Below are positions 29,280 to 38,442 of a stretch of DNA of 64,000 bases, piece by piece. The notes beneath the pieces are model-generated. The model saw only the letters and a list, made by a program, of their open reading frames with translations, made no database searches and was not told where the DNA came from. This DNA is from Desulfobacterales bacterium (lineage in GTDB: Bacteria > Desulfobacterota > Desulfobacteria > Desulfobacterales > JASJAZ01): the NCBI GenBank assembly GCA_030066785.1, contig JASJAZ010000006.1, positions 3,504 through 67,503 of the forward strand, given 5' to 3'. How positions within the stretch are numbered: position 1 is the first letter of the stretch; each line of letters starts with the position of its first letter. The translations under genes and the position numbers were made by a program.

Positions 29280-30140
29280 TCAGTAGTGGCCATCATGTGA
29301 ATCAGTGGCGTAGCGCCGCGCCAAGTCCTCAAAGTAATCGGCTTCCTCAAATTTGTCTCTTTTGCGGCAACCATTGGCATATATCCGGCATTTTTCCACG
29401 AGGACGGCAACTGCCGCCTGTTTCTGATTATCAGACAAATGCCCACTTTCCATTAACTTGACGATGCTTTGAATGCGATATTGATCCAAACCGGCCATGC
29501 GCGAAAGCTGGTCGGCATGTCCGCCACGCTTGATAATCAGCGGCGTATCGATCAATCCCACTGGATAGTGGCAACTGATACGCAGCCACATGTCGTAGTC
29601 TTCACAGGCCGGCAAAGCTTCATCAAAAAAACCAACGCGCTCAAAAAGAGCTCGCCGCAGCATTACGGCCGATGGACTGACCAGGCATAAGTGCAAAGAG
29701 GGCTTGAATATGTCTCCTGCGGGCTTCTTGTGACGCTTTTTGGGATTAACATGCTGGCCCTTTCGAATCCAGATTTCCTCGGTCTGACATATCTGTAAAG
29801 TGGGGTTTTGCTTGAAAAATTCAACCTGAACCGCCAATTTTTCCGGCATCCATTCATCGTCGGAATCCAGAAAGGCAATCAACCTGCCTCGCGCCGCATG
29901 AATACCCCGGTTACGGGCCGCGCTAACGCCACGGTTTGCTTGCGGTAGCACCTGAATCGTATCGCCATATTGGGTTAATAGCGCATTGCTATTATCGGTG
30001 GAGCCATCGTCGACAATAATGAGTTCAAAATCCTGAAATGACTGGGCCAACACGGAATCGATGGCTGAACTCAACGTCCAGGCCCGATTAAAAGTGGGGA
30101 TAATTACCGAAACGGTCGGCACCTTCATCTCACTCGGCAT
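29280..30140 (-). CDS. Family 2 glycosyltransferase
   Basis: VSVIIPTFNRAWTLSSAIDSVLAQSFQDFELIIVDDGSTDNS plus a DSDD motif. Confidence 0.85.
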   Translation of the reverse strand: MPSEMKVPTVSVIIPTFNRAWTLSSAIDSVLAQSFQDFELIIVDDGSTDNSNALLTQYGDTIQVLPQANRGVSAARNRGIHAARGRLIAFLDSDDEWMPEKLAVQVEFFKQNPTLQICQTEEIWIRKGQHVNPKKRHKKPAGDIFKPSLHLCLVSPSAVMLRRALFERVGFFDEALPACEDYDMWLRISCHYPVGLIDTPLIIKRGGHADQLSRMAGLDQYRIQSIVKLMESGHLSDNQKQAAVAVLVEKCRIYANGCRKRDKFEEADYFEDLARRYATDSHDGHY

Positions 30141-30682
30141 ATTACCATAGACCCATCGCCATATTATTTACAGAATAATCGTGTCGTTTCTTCGCACTAA
30201 ACAGCCATCTTGATTTATCATAAATTAATCGCGGAACCTAACGGCCTACAACCTTTTAATATTAAACAAATTTCTGCTATATCATTCTTAAAGCAAGATG
30301 GTCTTGATTTCAGATGCATACCGCCAGCAAAACATTTGATAGCAGGCATTTCATCACGATCGGATTTTTATTGACACGGTCCTCTGGGTGCGGTACCGCA
30401 ATAGGGTCACATCTAGTCTATCATTTGACATCAATCAACGAAATTCTTACGGGTAATAACTTTTTAAATAACGATTACCTTAATCGCTCATGATTAAAGC
30501 CAAAAATCTTAACTATGTGGCAACGCAGATTTGGCAACATTGTTCTTTGCTGAATTTGATTACCATTTGGTATAAATATCACTATTTTTCAAACGGTTGA
30601 TTGGGGGGTAAAGTACCAGAAAAGGACTGGGCCAATCACCCATTATCAAACCTAACCCATGCAAACACAAAAGGAGGCAGGA

Positions 30683-31663
30683 ATGAAAAAAGCGTTATTT
30701 ATCGGTATTACAGTTTTTCTCGGTCTGGCGTTATGCCTGAGCTTTGCACCAGCACCGGCGCAGGCCGAAACCAAATTTGTTACCATTGGAACCGGTGGTG
30801 TAACGGGCGTTTACTACCCCACTGGCGGTGCGATCTGCCGTTTGGTCAATAAGGGGCGCAAACAGCATGGTATCCGCTGTTCCGTTGAAAGCACCGGCGG
30901 ATCGGTCTACAACCTCAACACCATTGCTGCGGGAGAGTTGGATATGGGTGTTGCCCAATCGGACTGGCAGTATCATGCCTACAATGGCACCAGCAAATTT
31001 AAAGACAAAGGCGCCAACAAATGCCTGCGTGCTGTGTTCTCGGTTCACCCCGAGCCTTTTACGGTAGTAGCCCGGAAAGATTCTCGAATCAAAAAATTTA
31101 AAGATCTTAAAGGCAAACGTGTCAACATCGGCAACCCAGGTTCCGGTCAACGCGGCACCATGGAAGTGGTCATGAAAGCCATGGGTTGGACCAAAGCCGA
31201 TTTTAAACTGGCTTCCGAGTTGAAGTCCGCCGAACAATCCAAAGCGTTGTGCGACAATAAAGTCGATGCCATGGTATTTACTGTGGGACATCCCAGCGGA
31301 TCTATCAAAGAAGCGGCTACATCTTGTGACTCAGTAATTGTTGAAGTTGCCGGACCAACGATCGATAAACTGGTCAAAGATAATGATTATTATCGTACAG
31401 CCACGATTCCCGGCGGAATGTACCGCGGAACCGACATGGATGTAAAAACCTTTGGTGTCGGCGCTACGTTTGTCACCTCATGCAAAGTCGATGAAGATAT
31501 CATTTACAACGTTGTTAAGTCTGTCTTCGAAAATTTCGATCAGTTTCAAAAGCTCCATCCCGCATTTAAAAATCTGAAAAAGGAAGAAATGATCAAAGAC
31601 GGGTTGTCGGCGCCATTGCACAAAGGTGCGATCAAATATTACAAAGAAGCAGGCTTGATGTAA
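30683..31663 (+). CDS. TAXI-family TRAP transporter solute receptor
   Basis: Signal peptide, then [25 protein letters not shown] and C-terminal [14 protein letters not shown], both TAXI hallmarks. The start is at MKKALF after AAAGGAGG. Confidence 0.9.
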   Translation: MKKALFIGITVFLGLALCLSFAPAPAQAETKFVTIGTGGVTGVYYPTGGAICRLVNKGRKQHGIRCSVESTGGSVYNLNTIAAGELDMGVAQSDWQYHAYNGTSKFKDKGANKCLRAVFSVHPEPFTVVARKDSRIKKFKDLKGKRVNIGNPGSGQRGTMEVVMKAMGWTKADFKLASELKSAEQSKALCDNKVDAMVFTVGHPSGSIKEAATSCDSVIVEVAGPTIDKLVKDNDYYRTATIPGGMYRGTDMDVKTFGVGATFVTSCKVDEDIIYNVVKSVFENFDQFQKLHPAFKNLKKEEMIKDGLSAPLHKGAIKYYKEAGLM

Positions 31664-31676
31664 GCCTGGGCGATTT

Positions 31677-31710
31677 GCAACCGTGCGCGGATGTTACCGT
31701 GCACGGTTGC
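31677..31710 (+). promoter_or_regulatory. Strong intercistronic hairpin between the TAXI receptor and permease genes
   Basis: GCAACCGTGC...GCACGGTTGC, a perfect 10-bp stem extendable to about 14 bp, with a 6-nt loop and no U-run. Confidence 0.5.
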
Positions 31711-31834
31711 CCACTTCTATGCTTCAGCTTCAACACGTTATCGAACTACCTATAGATTTTAAATCGCCTTTCCCGTCAAGACCGCCGCAAGCCACTAGAG
31801 AACTGTCACCCTTTTCATAAAAGGAATCAGCGCA

Positions 31835-34414
31835 ATGACTGAAACAGCAAGTCGCAAAGCATCTCAGCAAGAGCTTGAGGAGATGGTTGCCGAAACTGAA
31901 ACAGGGGCTCGCAATCCAACCGGCGCGATTTCCAAAAATATTCTATTTTACGTGCCGCTCATCTGGACCTTATTTCAGCTCTGGTATGCATCGCCGTTGC
32001 CTTTCATTTTCAATTTTGCGGTCTTCAACTCCACCGAGGCACGCGCCATTCATCTCGCTTTTGCTATTTTTCTATCCTACACCGCTTATCCGACATTTAA
32101 GTCTTCGCCCCGCAACCACATTCCGATTCAGGATTGGATTGTAGCATTGGTGGGAGCATTTTGTGCGGCCTATCTGTTTATTTTCTATGCCGAATTATCA
32201 GAGCGCCCCGGCGATCCAACCCAATTGGATTTGGTTGTTGCTGTTATCGGCCTGATTCTGCTGCTGGAAGCCACCCGCCGCGCACTGGGTCCGCCCCTGA
32301 TGGTAGTGGCCACTGTTTTTATCATTTATACCTTTTTTGGCTCCTATATGCCGTCGGTCATTGCACACAAGGGCGCCAGCCTGTCCAAAGGCATGTCCCA
32401 TTATTGGTTGTCGACCGAGGGTGTATTTGGCGTGGCGTTAGGCGTTTCCACCGGCATGGTGTTTATGTTCGTCTTATTCGGAGCGCTGCTTGAATCAGCC
32501 GGCGCCGGCAATTATTTTATTCGTTCCGCGTTTGCCGGTCTGGGCCACCTTCGAGGTGGGCCGGCCAAAGCGGCGGTGGTCTCCTCGGGACTGACCGGCC
32601 TGGTGTCCGGGTCTTCGATAGCCAATGTGGTCACTACCGGAACATTTACGATTCCACTGATGAAAAAAGTAGGATTCAAGGCGGAAAAGGCCGGAGCAGT
32701 CGAGGTTGCCTGTTCCACCAACGGACAACTGATGCCACCGGTGATGGGTGCCGCAGCTTTTTTGATGGTGGAATATGTCGGTATTTCTTATATCGAGGTC
32801 ATCAAACACGCTTTCTTGCCGGCCATCATTTCCTATGTGGCCCTGGTGTACATCGTCCATCTGGAAGCCTGTAAAATGGGCCTGCGAGGCATGGAAAAAC
32901 CGGTGACCAAAACCATGACCCAAAAATTGCTCGCATTTGTGATGACGTTTCTATTCATGATCATCATGGGCGGCATCACGTATTACGGAATTGGTTGGAT
33001 CAAAACCGTGGCCGGAGAAGCAACTATTTATATTGTTTCGATCCTGCTGTTAGCAGCCTATCTTGTGCTGCTCGCATTTGCCTGCAAGGTGCCCGAGTTG
33101 GATAGCAGCCATGAAATCAAAGAATTGCCAGCATTGGGACCGACCGCCCAGGCCGGTTACTTTTTCTTGCTGCCCATTGTGGTACTGATGTGGTGTTTAG
33201 TGGTGGAAAGGTTGTCACCGTCGCTTTCGGCTTTCTGGGCCACAGTGCTGCTGATGTTCATCTTGGTAACCCAGCGCCCCTTGAAAGGTCTATTTCGGAA
33301 AGCCAAAGGCGATGAATTCACCTTCAAACGCGGTTTTAAGGATCTGATTGACGGTTACGTCGCCGGAGCCCGCAATATGATCGGCATCGGCGTAGCCACC
33401 TCGGCTGCCGGTATCGTGGTTGGCACTGTAACACTGACCGGCATCGGACTGGTCATGACCGAGTTTGTGGAGTTTATCTCCGGCGGCAATCTGATGTTGA
33501 TTCTGCTGTTTACTGCGATCATCAGCCTTATCTTAGGTATGGGGCTACCGACCACTGCCAACTATATCGTGGTCTCAACCTTGATGGCACCAGTCATTGT
33601 CAGCCTGGGGGCCAAGGCCGGTCTGATCGTACCGCTTATCGCTGTGCATCTGTTTGTCTTTTACTTCGGAATCCTGGCTGATGATACTCCTCCTGTGGGA
33701 TTGGCCGCCTTTGCTGCCGCCGGCATATCCGGCGGGGATCCAATCCGCACCGGTATCCAAGGTTTTGCCTATGATATCCGTACCGCGATATTGCCGTTTA
33801 TTTTTATCTTCAACAACGAACTGCTGATAATCGGAGTCGCCAACTGGTTGCATTTGCTTATTGTTATTGCATCGGCGGTTGTCGCCATGATGATTTTTGG
33901 TGCCGCCACCCAGGGATTCTGGTTGACCAAAAATCGCATCTGGGAAACGGTGGTGTTGTTACTGGTGGCATTTACGTTGCTGCGCCCTGGTTTCTGGTGG
34001 GATATGGTTTTTCCGCCCCTCAAACAGGAAGCGCCCAATAAAATCGAGCAGATGGTTGAAGGCATGGAAGCCGGCTCTCAACTTATTGTCGAAGTACAAG
34101 GGGAGGACTTAAATGGTAATCCCTATACCAAGACGGTCATGTTGAAAGTTGGCAATGAAAGCACCGGCAACGAGCGATTGGCCGGTATCGGACTTGAAAC
34201 TCGCAGCGACGAGGGCAAAATCATCATCGACAACGTGGTTTTTGCCAGTGCGGCGGAAAAAGCCGGCATCGATTTTGACCAGGAGATATTGAACGTCCAG
34301 GTACCTAATAAGCGGTTGCCAAAACAGCTGATGTTCATACCAGCCCTGGTGCTGGCAGGCCTGATCTGGTTCGTACAGCGTGGCCGTAGAACCAAAATGG
34401 AAGCGGCAGCCTGA
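31835..34414 (+). CDS. TAXI-type TRAP transporter fused (DctQ-DctM) permease with a C-terminal soluble extension (DUF3394-like)
   Basis: 859-aa polytopic protein. The C-terminal ~130 aa form a non-membrane segment plus one final TM (EVQGEDLNGNPYTKTVMLKVG...). Confidence 0.9.
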   Translation: MTETASRKASQQELEEMVAETETGARNPTGAISKNILFYVPLIWTLFQLWYASPLPFIFNFAVFNSTEARAIHLAFAIFLSYTAYPTFKSSPRNHIPIQDWIVALVGAFCAAYLFIFYAELSERPGDPTQLDLVVAVIGLILLLEATRRALGPPLMVVATVFIIYTFFGSYMPSVIAHKGASLSKGMSHYWLSTEGVFGVALGVSTGMVFMFVLFGALLESAGAGNYFIRSAFAGLGHLRGGPAKAAVVSSGLTGLVSGSSIANVVTTGTFTIPLMKKVGFKAEKAGAVEVACSTNGQLMPPVMGAAAFLMVEYVGISYIEVIKHAFLPAIISYVALVYIVHLEACKMGLRGMEKPVTKTMTQKLLAFVMTFLFMIIMGGITYYGIGWIKTVAGEATIYIVSILLLAAYLVLLAFACKVPELDSSHEIKELPALGPTAQAGYFFLLPIVVLMWCLVVERLSPSLSAFWATVLLMFILVTQRPLKGLFRKAKGDEFTFKRGFKDLIDGYVAGARNMIGIGVATSAAGIVVGTVTLTGIGLVMTEFVEFISGGNLMLILLFTAIISLILGMGLPTTANYIVVSTLMAPVIVSLGAKAGLIVPLIAVHLFVFYFGILADDTPPVGLAAFAAAGISGGDPIRTGIQGFAYDIRTAILPFIFIFNNELLIIGVANWLHLLIVIASAVVAMMIFGAATQGFWLTKNRIWETVVLLLVAFTLLRPGFWWDMVFPPLKQEAPNKIEQMVEGMEAGSQLIVEVQGEDLNGNPYTKTVMLKVGNESTGNERLAGIGLETRSDEGKIIIDNVVFASAAEKAGIDFDQEILNVQVPNKRLPKQLMFIPALVLAGLIWFVQRGRRTKMEAAA

Positions 34415-34537
34415 CGGTTTAACGCAAGTTCTGCAAATCTTTCTGAATAACCTTCGATTTCGGAGATTTGCTCATCGCAATGTGGTCGCGCAAACCTTTT
34501 CGTATATGGATATTCACCTCTTTTGTGGGAGCAGGTC

Positions 34538-34972
34538 ATGTTTAAAAAAATTCTTGTACCGGTCGACATCGACTATCCTGAAATGGCCGCCGCTGTCTAT
34601 CAAAAAGCAGCGGCCTTTGCCAAAATGAGCGGCGCCGAAATGCGGCTTATCAGCGTCATGCCCGGCTTTGGAACACCATTGGTGGCTTCTTTCATACCAG
34701 AACAAGTCCGCAAAGAGGCTGCCGATCAGTTTAAAGCATCTTTGGATGATTTCATCAAAACGCATTGCAGCGAAACGGTATCCTGCACTGTTAGGATTGG
34801 GAAAAACTGGGAGGAAATCATCAAAGTTGCCGAAAAATGGGGAGCGGACCTCATCGTGGTCTACCACAACCATCGCCACGATATTAACGAGGCTTTTAGC
34901 CGCAGCTGTTCCCAACGAGTCGCTGAGAACGCTAAATGTTCCGTGCTGCGGCTACGAAACCTTCAAATATAA
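34538..34972 (+). CDS. Universal stress protein (UspA family)
   Basis: MFKKILVPVDIDYPE... and C-terminal ...SCSQRVAENAKCSVLRLR. The start is set at ATG 34538. Confidence 0.8.
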   Translation: MFKKILVPVDIDYPEMAAAVYQKAAAFAKMSGAEMRLISVMPGFGTPLVASFIPEQVRKEAADQFKASLDDFIKTHCSETVSCTVRIGKNWEEIIKVAEKWGADLIVVYHNHRHDINEAFSRSCSQRVAENAKCSVLRLRNLQI

Positions 34973-34980
34973 ACCCGTTT

Positions 34981-34997
34981 CGATTCGGTTCGAATCG
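34981..34997 (+). promoter_or_regulatory. Short hairpin just upstream of the RBS of the second TAXI receptor gene
   Basis: CGATTCG-GTT-CGAATCG, a perfect 7-bp stem. GGAGG follows at 35001 and the ATG at 35011. Confidence 0.4.
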
Positions 34998-35010
34998 CGC
35001 GGAGGAAAAC

Positions 35011-36006
35011 ATGATGACCACATTACACCGCATAAATAATGGTTACAGACGGTTCTTCATGCAGGCTTCCGTTCTTTGTATTTTTTTAATGATCGGATTA
35101 TTACCGCTTAAGGCCCACGCGTTAGAAATTCTCGTGGGTACCGGTGAAATCGGCACCTTTTCGAACTTTACCGGCCGTTTGATTTGCCGAATGGTGAATA
35201 AAAGCGCAGAGGATATTACCTGCAAAACTGTCCCGGCACCCGACGACGTGCATAACCTTACCAACCTCCGAGGTGGTTCTTTAGACAGCGCTTTAATTGA
35301 TTCACGCATGTTATATGATGCCATTAACAAAACCGGTTACTTCGAGTTTTTGGATATCAGTTATGATAATTTGCGAGCTTTGATTCCATTGTATGAAGTC
35401 CCCTTTACCCTCGTTGTTCGCCGTGATGCCAACATATCGTCAATGGAGGAATTGAAGGGCAAACGGATTAATTTTGGTGCGCCGCGCTCACTGCAGCACC
35501 TGGCCACCGATACGATTATAACGGCTAAAAACTGGACCAAAGGTAATTTTAGCCTCGCGGCCGAACTTTCCGCCTCGCAGTCACAGGATACAATGGCGTT
35601 CTGTCACGGCACAACCCAGGCAATGATTCATATCGGGGTTCACCCTGATGCGACGTTGCAGCAATTATTCAAGTTGTGCGAGGCGGATTTAGTAAATATG
35701 GATGATACTGACATTCAAAAATTGGTAGCTGATCGACCTGAATTTTTAAAAATAACGATCGCAGCAAACACCTATCCGTCAAATCCCGAAGGTATTACGA
35801 CCTTTGGAACCAGTGTGGCGTTAATTGCATCAGACAATCTTGACGAAGAAACTGCCTACAAAATTATCAGCGCCATTGATCGTTATCAAAAAAACCTAAA
35901 GAGTGCGCATCCGGCCCTGGCATCATTTACAATGGACGCTGCCGGCAAAAACGACCTCGGCTTAACGCCTCATCCGGGTGTGATGAAATATCTATCCGAA
36001 AATTGA
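35011..36006 (+). CDS. Second TAXI-family TRAP solute receptor paralogue
   Basis: Signal peptide, then ILVGTGEIGTFSNFTGRLICRMVN and C-terminal PHPGVMKYLSEN, parallel to the receptor at 30683-31663. The start is at MMTTLH behind GGAGG. Confidence 0.8.
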   Translation: MMTTLHRINNGYRRFFMQASVLCIFLMIGLLPLKAHALEILVGTGEIGTFSNFTGRLICRMVNKSAEDITCKTVPAPDDVHNLTNLRGGSLDSALIDSRMLYDAINKTGYFEFLDISYDNLRALIPLYEVPFTLVVRRDANISSMEELKGKRINFGAPRSLQHLATDTIITAKNWTKGNFSLAAELSASQSQDTMAFCHGTTQAMIHIGVHPDATLQQLFKLCEADLVNMDDTDIQKLVADRPEFLKITIAANTYPSNPEGITTFGTSVALIASDNLDEETAYKIISAIDRYQKNLKSAHPALASFTMDAAGKNDLGLTPHPGVMKYLSEN

Positions 36007-36197
36007 TAGGAACCTTTTTTGAAATTCAATTAATCGGGTATATGTAAACCGATGTTTAAAAATTATTTTACGTCTTTTATTGTGCGAATATTGTAAATCT
36101 TTTGATCGGAATTACCGTTACTGTATGTAATGCGGTCGTTTCGAGAGTGCCTCGTAAGGTTTGTCCACCTTCATTAACTTATAATCAGGAACAAACA

Positions 36198-36419
36198 ATG
36201 GGTGATAAGCAAAAAATCATTTTGGATCTTGAAAAGGTTAATACATTAAACGCCGAAGGCTGCGCCGCCTGTGGGCGTAAATTTACCTTGGGCGAAATAG
36301 CGGTATTGGCTTGTGGCGCCTGGGAAGGTCCGCCGAAATATATCCACGAAAACGAGGCCGTGTTTGATAAAAACACGTCCGGGTACGTGGAGCGCAAATG
36401 CTTCGAGGCCAGTCGATAA
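36198..36419 (+). CDS. Small hypothetical Cys-containing protein (73 aa)
   Basis: ORF only. MGDKQKIILDLEKVNTLNAEGCAACGRKF...; weak RBS; no family recognised. Confidence 0.35.
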   Translation: MGDKQKIILDLEKVNTLNAEGCAACGRKFTLGEIAVLACGAWEGPPKYIHENEAVFDKNTSGYVERKCFEASR

Positions 36420-36520
36420 GGGCATTCATCTCCTTGCTACCGAAAACAAACCCCTGCTTTATTTCCTCAATCTAGAAACCAGTCGCGATACCCGTTTAAC
36501 CCGCTTGAATCTCGGTGTGT

Positions 36521-37546
36521 TCAAGGCACCTGATGCTGCCATATGCCGGCAACTTTGGCTCCACAGTGTTGACAACAACCTTTAGACACCGCCAAATTCT
36601 TTATCTGAAATCCCCAGCGGTCGATAATTGTTTTTCCACATTCATGACAAAAGGTACATTCACCTTCATCACCGGGAACATTGCCGGTATACACGTAGCG
36701 TAATCCGGCTTTAATGCCGATATTTCTAGCTTTTTGTAGGGTTGATACGGGCGTCGGCCCTCGATCCGTCAGTTTATAAGTAGGATGAAAACGGCTGATG
36801 TGCCAGGGGGTGTCAGGACCCAGTGAGTCGGCTAAAAAGCGAGCTAAATTTTCAAGTTCTTGTACATTGTCATTGAGCCCGGGAACGATCAAAGTGGTTA
36901 CCTCCACAAAAACGCCTTTGGCTTTCATATGCTTAAGAGTGTTTTTGACGTGTTTGAGCTTGGCGCCGCAAAGCTTCCGGTAGTAGTCTTCCGTAAACGC
37001 CTTTAAATCAACATTGGCCGCATGCAGATACGGACTGATCATATCCAAGGCCTCGGCACTCATATAACCGTTGGTCACAAATATGTTTAACAGATTTTGG
37101 GCATGGGCCAGCTTAGCCGTATCGTAGGCAAACTCAAAGAATACGGTCGGCTCGGTGTAGGTGTAAGCAATGCTGTGACAATGGCCGTTAACGGCTGCTG
37201 CCACCACCGCTTCCGGCGCAACCAAATCGCCCATAATGGTTCCCGGGCGATCAAGCGGCATTTGGGCGATATCGGCATTCTGACAGAACCGGCACTTGAA
37301 ATTACATCCCACTGTTGCGATGGAATACGACAAAGAGCCCGGTAAAACGTGAAAAAGCGGCTTTTTTTCGATGGGGTCGATATGACTGGCAATCACCCGG
37401 CCATAAACCAGCGTGTTTAATACACCGCTGCTATTTTCCCGGACACCGCATTTGCCCCGGCGCCCCGCCTTCATAACACAACGGTGATTGCAAAGATGGC
37501 ATTTAACTTTATTGGATTCCAGATTCTCGAATAGATAGGCCTGCAT
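36521..37546 (-). CDS. AmmeMemoRadiSam-system-type radical SAM enzyme (AmrS-like, PflA-related) with a C-terminal Cys4 ribbon
   Basis: The N-terminal CHLCNHRC...GKCGVR, the radical SAM cluster motif CNFKCRFCQN and the overall sequence resemble the AmrS family. The tail is CTFCHECG...CCQHCG. Confidence 0.75.
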   Translation of the reverse strand: MQAYLFENLESNKVKCHLCNHRCVMKAGRRGKCGVRENSSGVLNTLVYGRVIASHIDPIEKKPLFHVLPGSLSYSIATVGCNFKCRFCQNADIAQMPLDRPGTIMGDLVAPEAVVAAAVNGHCHSIAYTYTEPTVFFEFAYDTAKLAHAQNLLNIFVTNGYMSAEALDMISPYLHAANVDLKAFTEDYYRKLCGAKLKHVKNTLKHMKAKGVFVEVTTLIVPGLNDNVQELENLARFLADSLGPDTPWHISRFHPTYKLTDRGPTPVSTLQKARNIGIKAGLRYVYTGNVPGDEGECTFCHECGKTIIDRWGFQIKNLAVSKGCCQHCGAKVAGIWQHQVP

Positions 37547-37569
37547 GACTTGCTCTCCATGGCGAGCAT

Positions 37570-38352
37570 TTAGAGGGCAGGTGCCCCGCCGGTATGTTTG
37601 GCCTGATAGCGCATACTCAGCGGACGGGTGCGAAAGCGCGGAACCAGCGTGACGACCGTCCCAGCAAAGGCGCCGAAAGGGAAGCGTTGCAAGACACTAG
37701 CGGCTTCAACACTTTGAGCAATTTTACCGGTAGAAGACGGCAGCTGGCAAATGGTTCGCCATGTAATCGGGACTTCGCCCAGGACGGAGCGCACCAAATT
37801 TTTGAGCTCCCAAACACTGAAAAATCGCGCGTGATTGTAAATAATCTGGCTGAAGATGCCTTTGACCCGTCGTTGAATCCCTTTGAAAGCATAACGGTTC
37901 AGCACACCGATAAATATGCGGTCTTTGGAAACCCGGCAAGCTTCTTCAATGGCCTTTTGAGGATCATCAACAAATTCAAGCGTGGTCATAAAACAGGCAT
38001 GATTAAAGGAATTATCTTCAAAAGGAAGATCCTCGGCAAATCCGCGATAGTATTCCACCCGATTACCGGAGTTTTGGAAGGCAATATCCAGCATATACGG
38101 TGAGGGATCAAGTCCTGTGACCTGCAGTCCCATATTTAATAACGAGCAAATACTTTGCCCTGTTCCGCAGCCAATGTCCAATACAGACTCTCCCGGAACA
38201 GGTCTGAGCATATCCTGCATTAACTGGCATTCCAGTTCAGCAGTATATTTATTTTGTGGCTTTTGAAACCATTTGTCATAAGCCAATGCGTCTTGAAAAC
38301 TAAATACGTAGCCCATGTCGGATAATCTAAGAAAAAACGCTGCCCGAGTCAA
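37570..38352 (-). CDS. Class I SAM-dependent methyltransferase
   Basis: Motif I VLDIGCGTG and a Methyltransf_11-like core. The track start is a TTG; ATG at 38316 (MGYVFSF) is an alternative. Confidence 0.75.
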   Translation of the reverse strand: MTRAAFFLRLSDMGYVFSFQDALAYDKWFQKPQNKYTAELECQLMQDMLRPVPGESVLDIGCGTGQSICSLLNMGLQVTGLDPSPYMLDIAFQNSGNRVEYYRGFAEDLPFEDNSFNHACFMTTLEFVDDPQKAIEEACRVSKDRIFIGVLNRYAFKGIQRRVKGIFSQIIYNHARFFSVWELKNLVRSVLGEVPITWRTICQLPSSTGKIAQSVEAASVLQRFPFGAFAGTVVTLVPRFRTRPLSMRYQAKHTGGAPAL

Positions 38353-38442
38353 TGATTGGCAGACTCAGGTGGCTGTCAAGATATGCTTAAAACTGAACAC
38401 CGATGGATAAGCACAAGCTGTTGTAACGATTTGAACCGGCGA

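Noticed and set aside
34981-34997. GGTTCGAATC, which looks like a tRNA T-arm/T-loop.
   Set aside because: No acceptor, D or anticodon arms can be built around it. It is simply a 7-bp hairpin (CGATTCG-GTT-CGAATCG) between usp and the second TAXI receptor gene.
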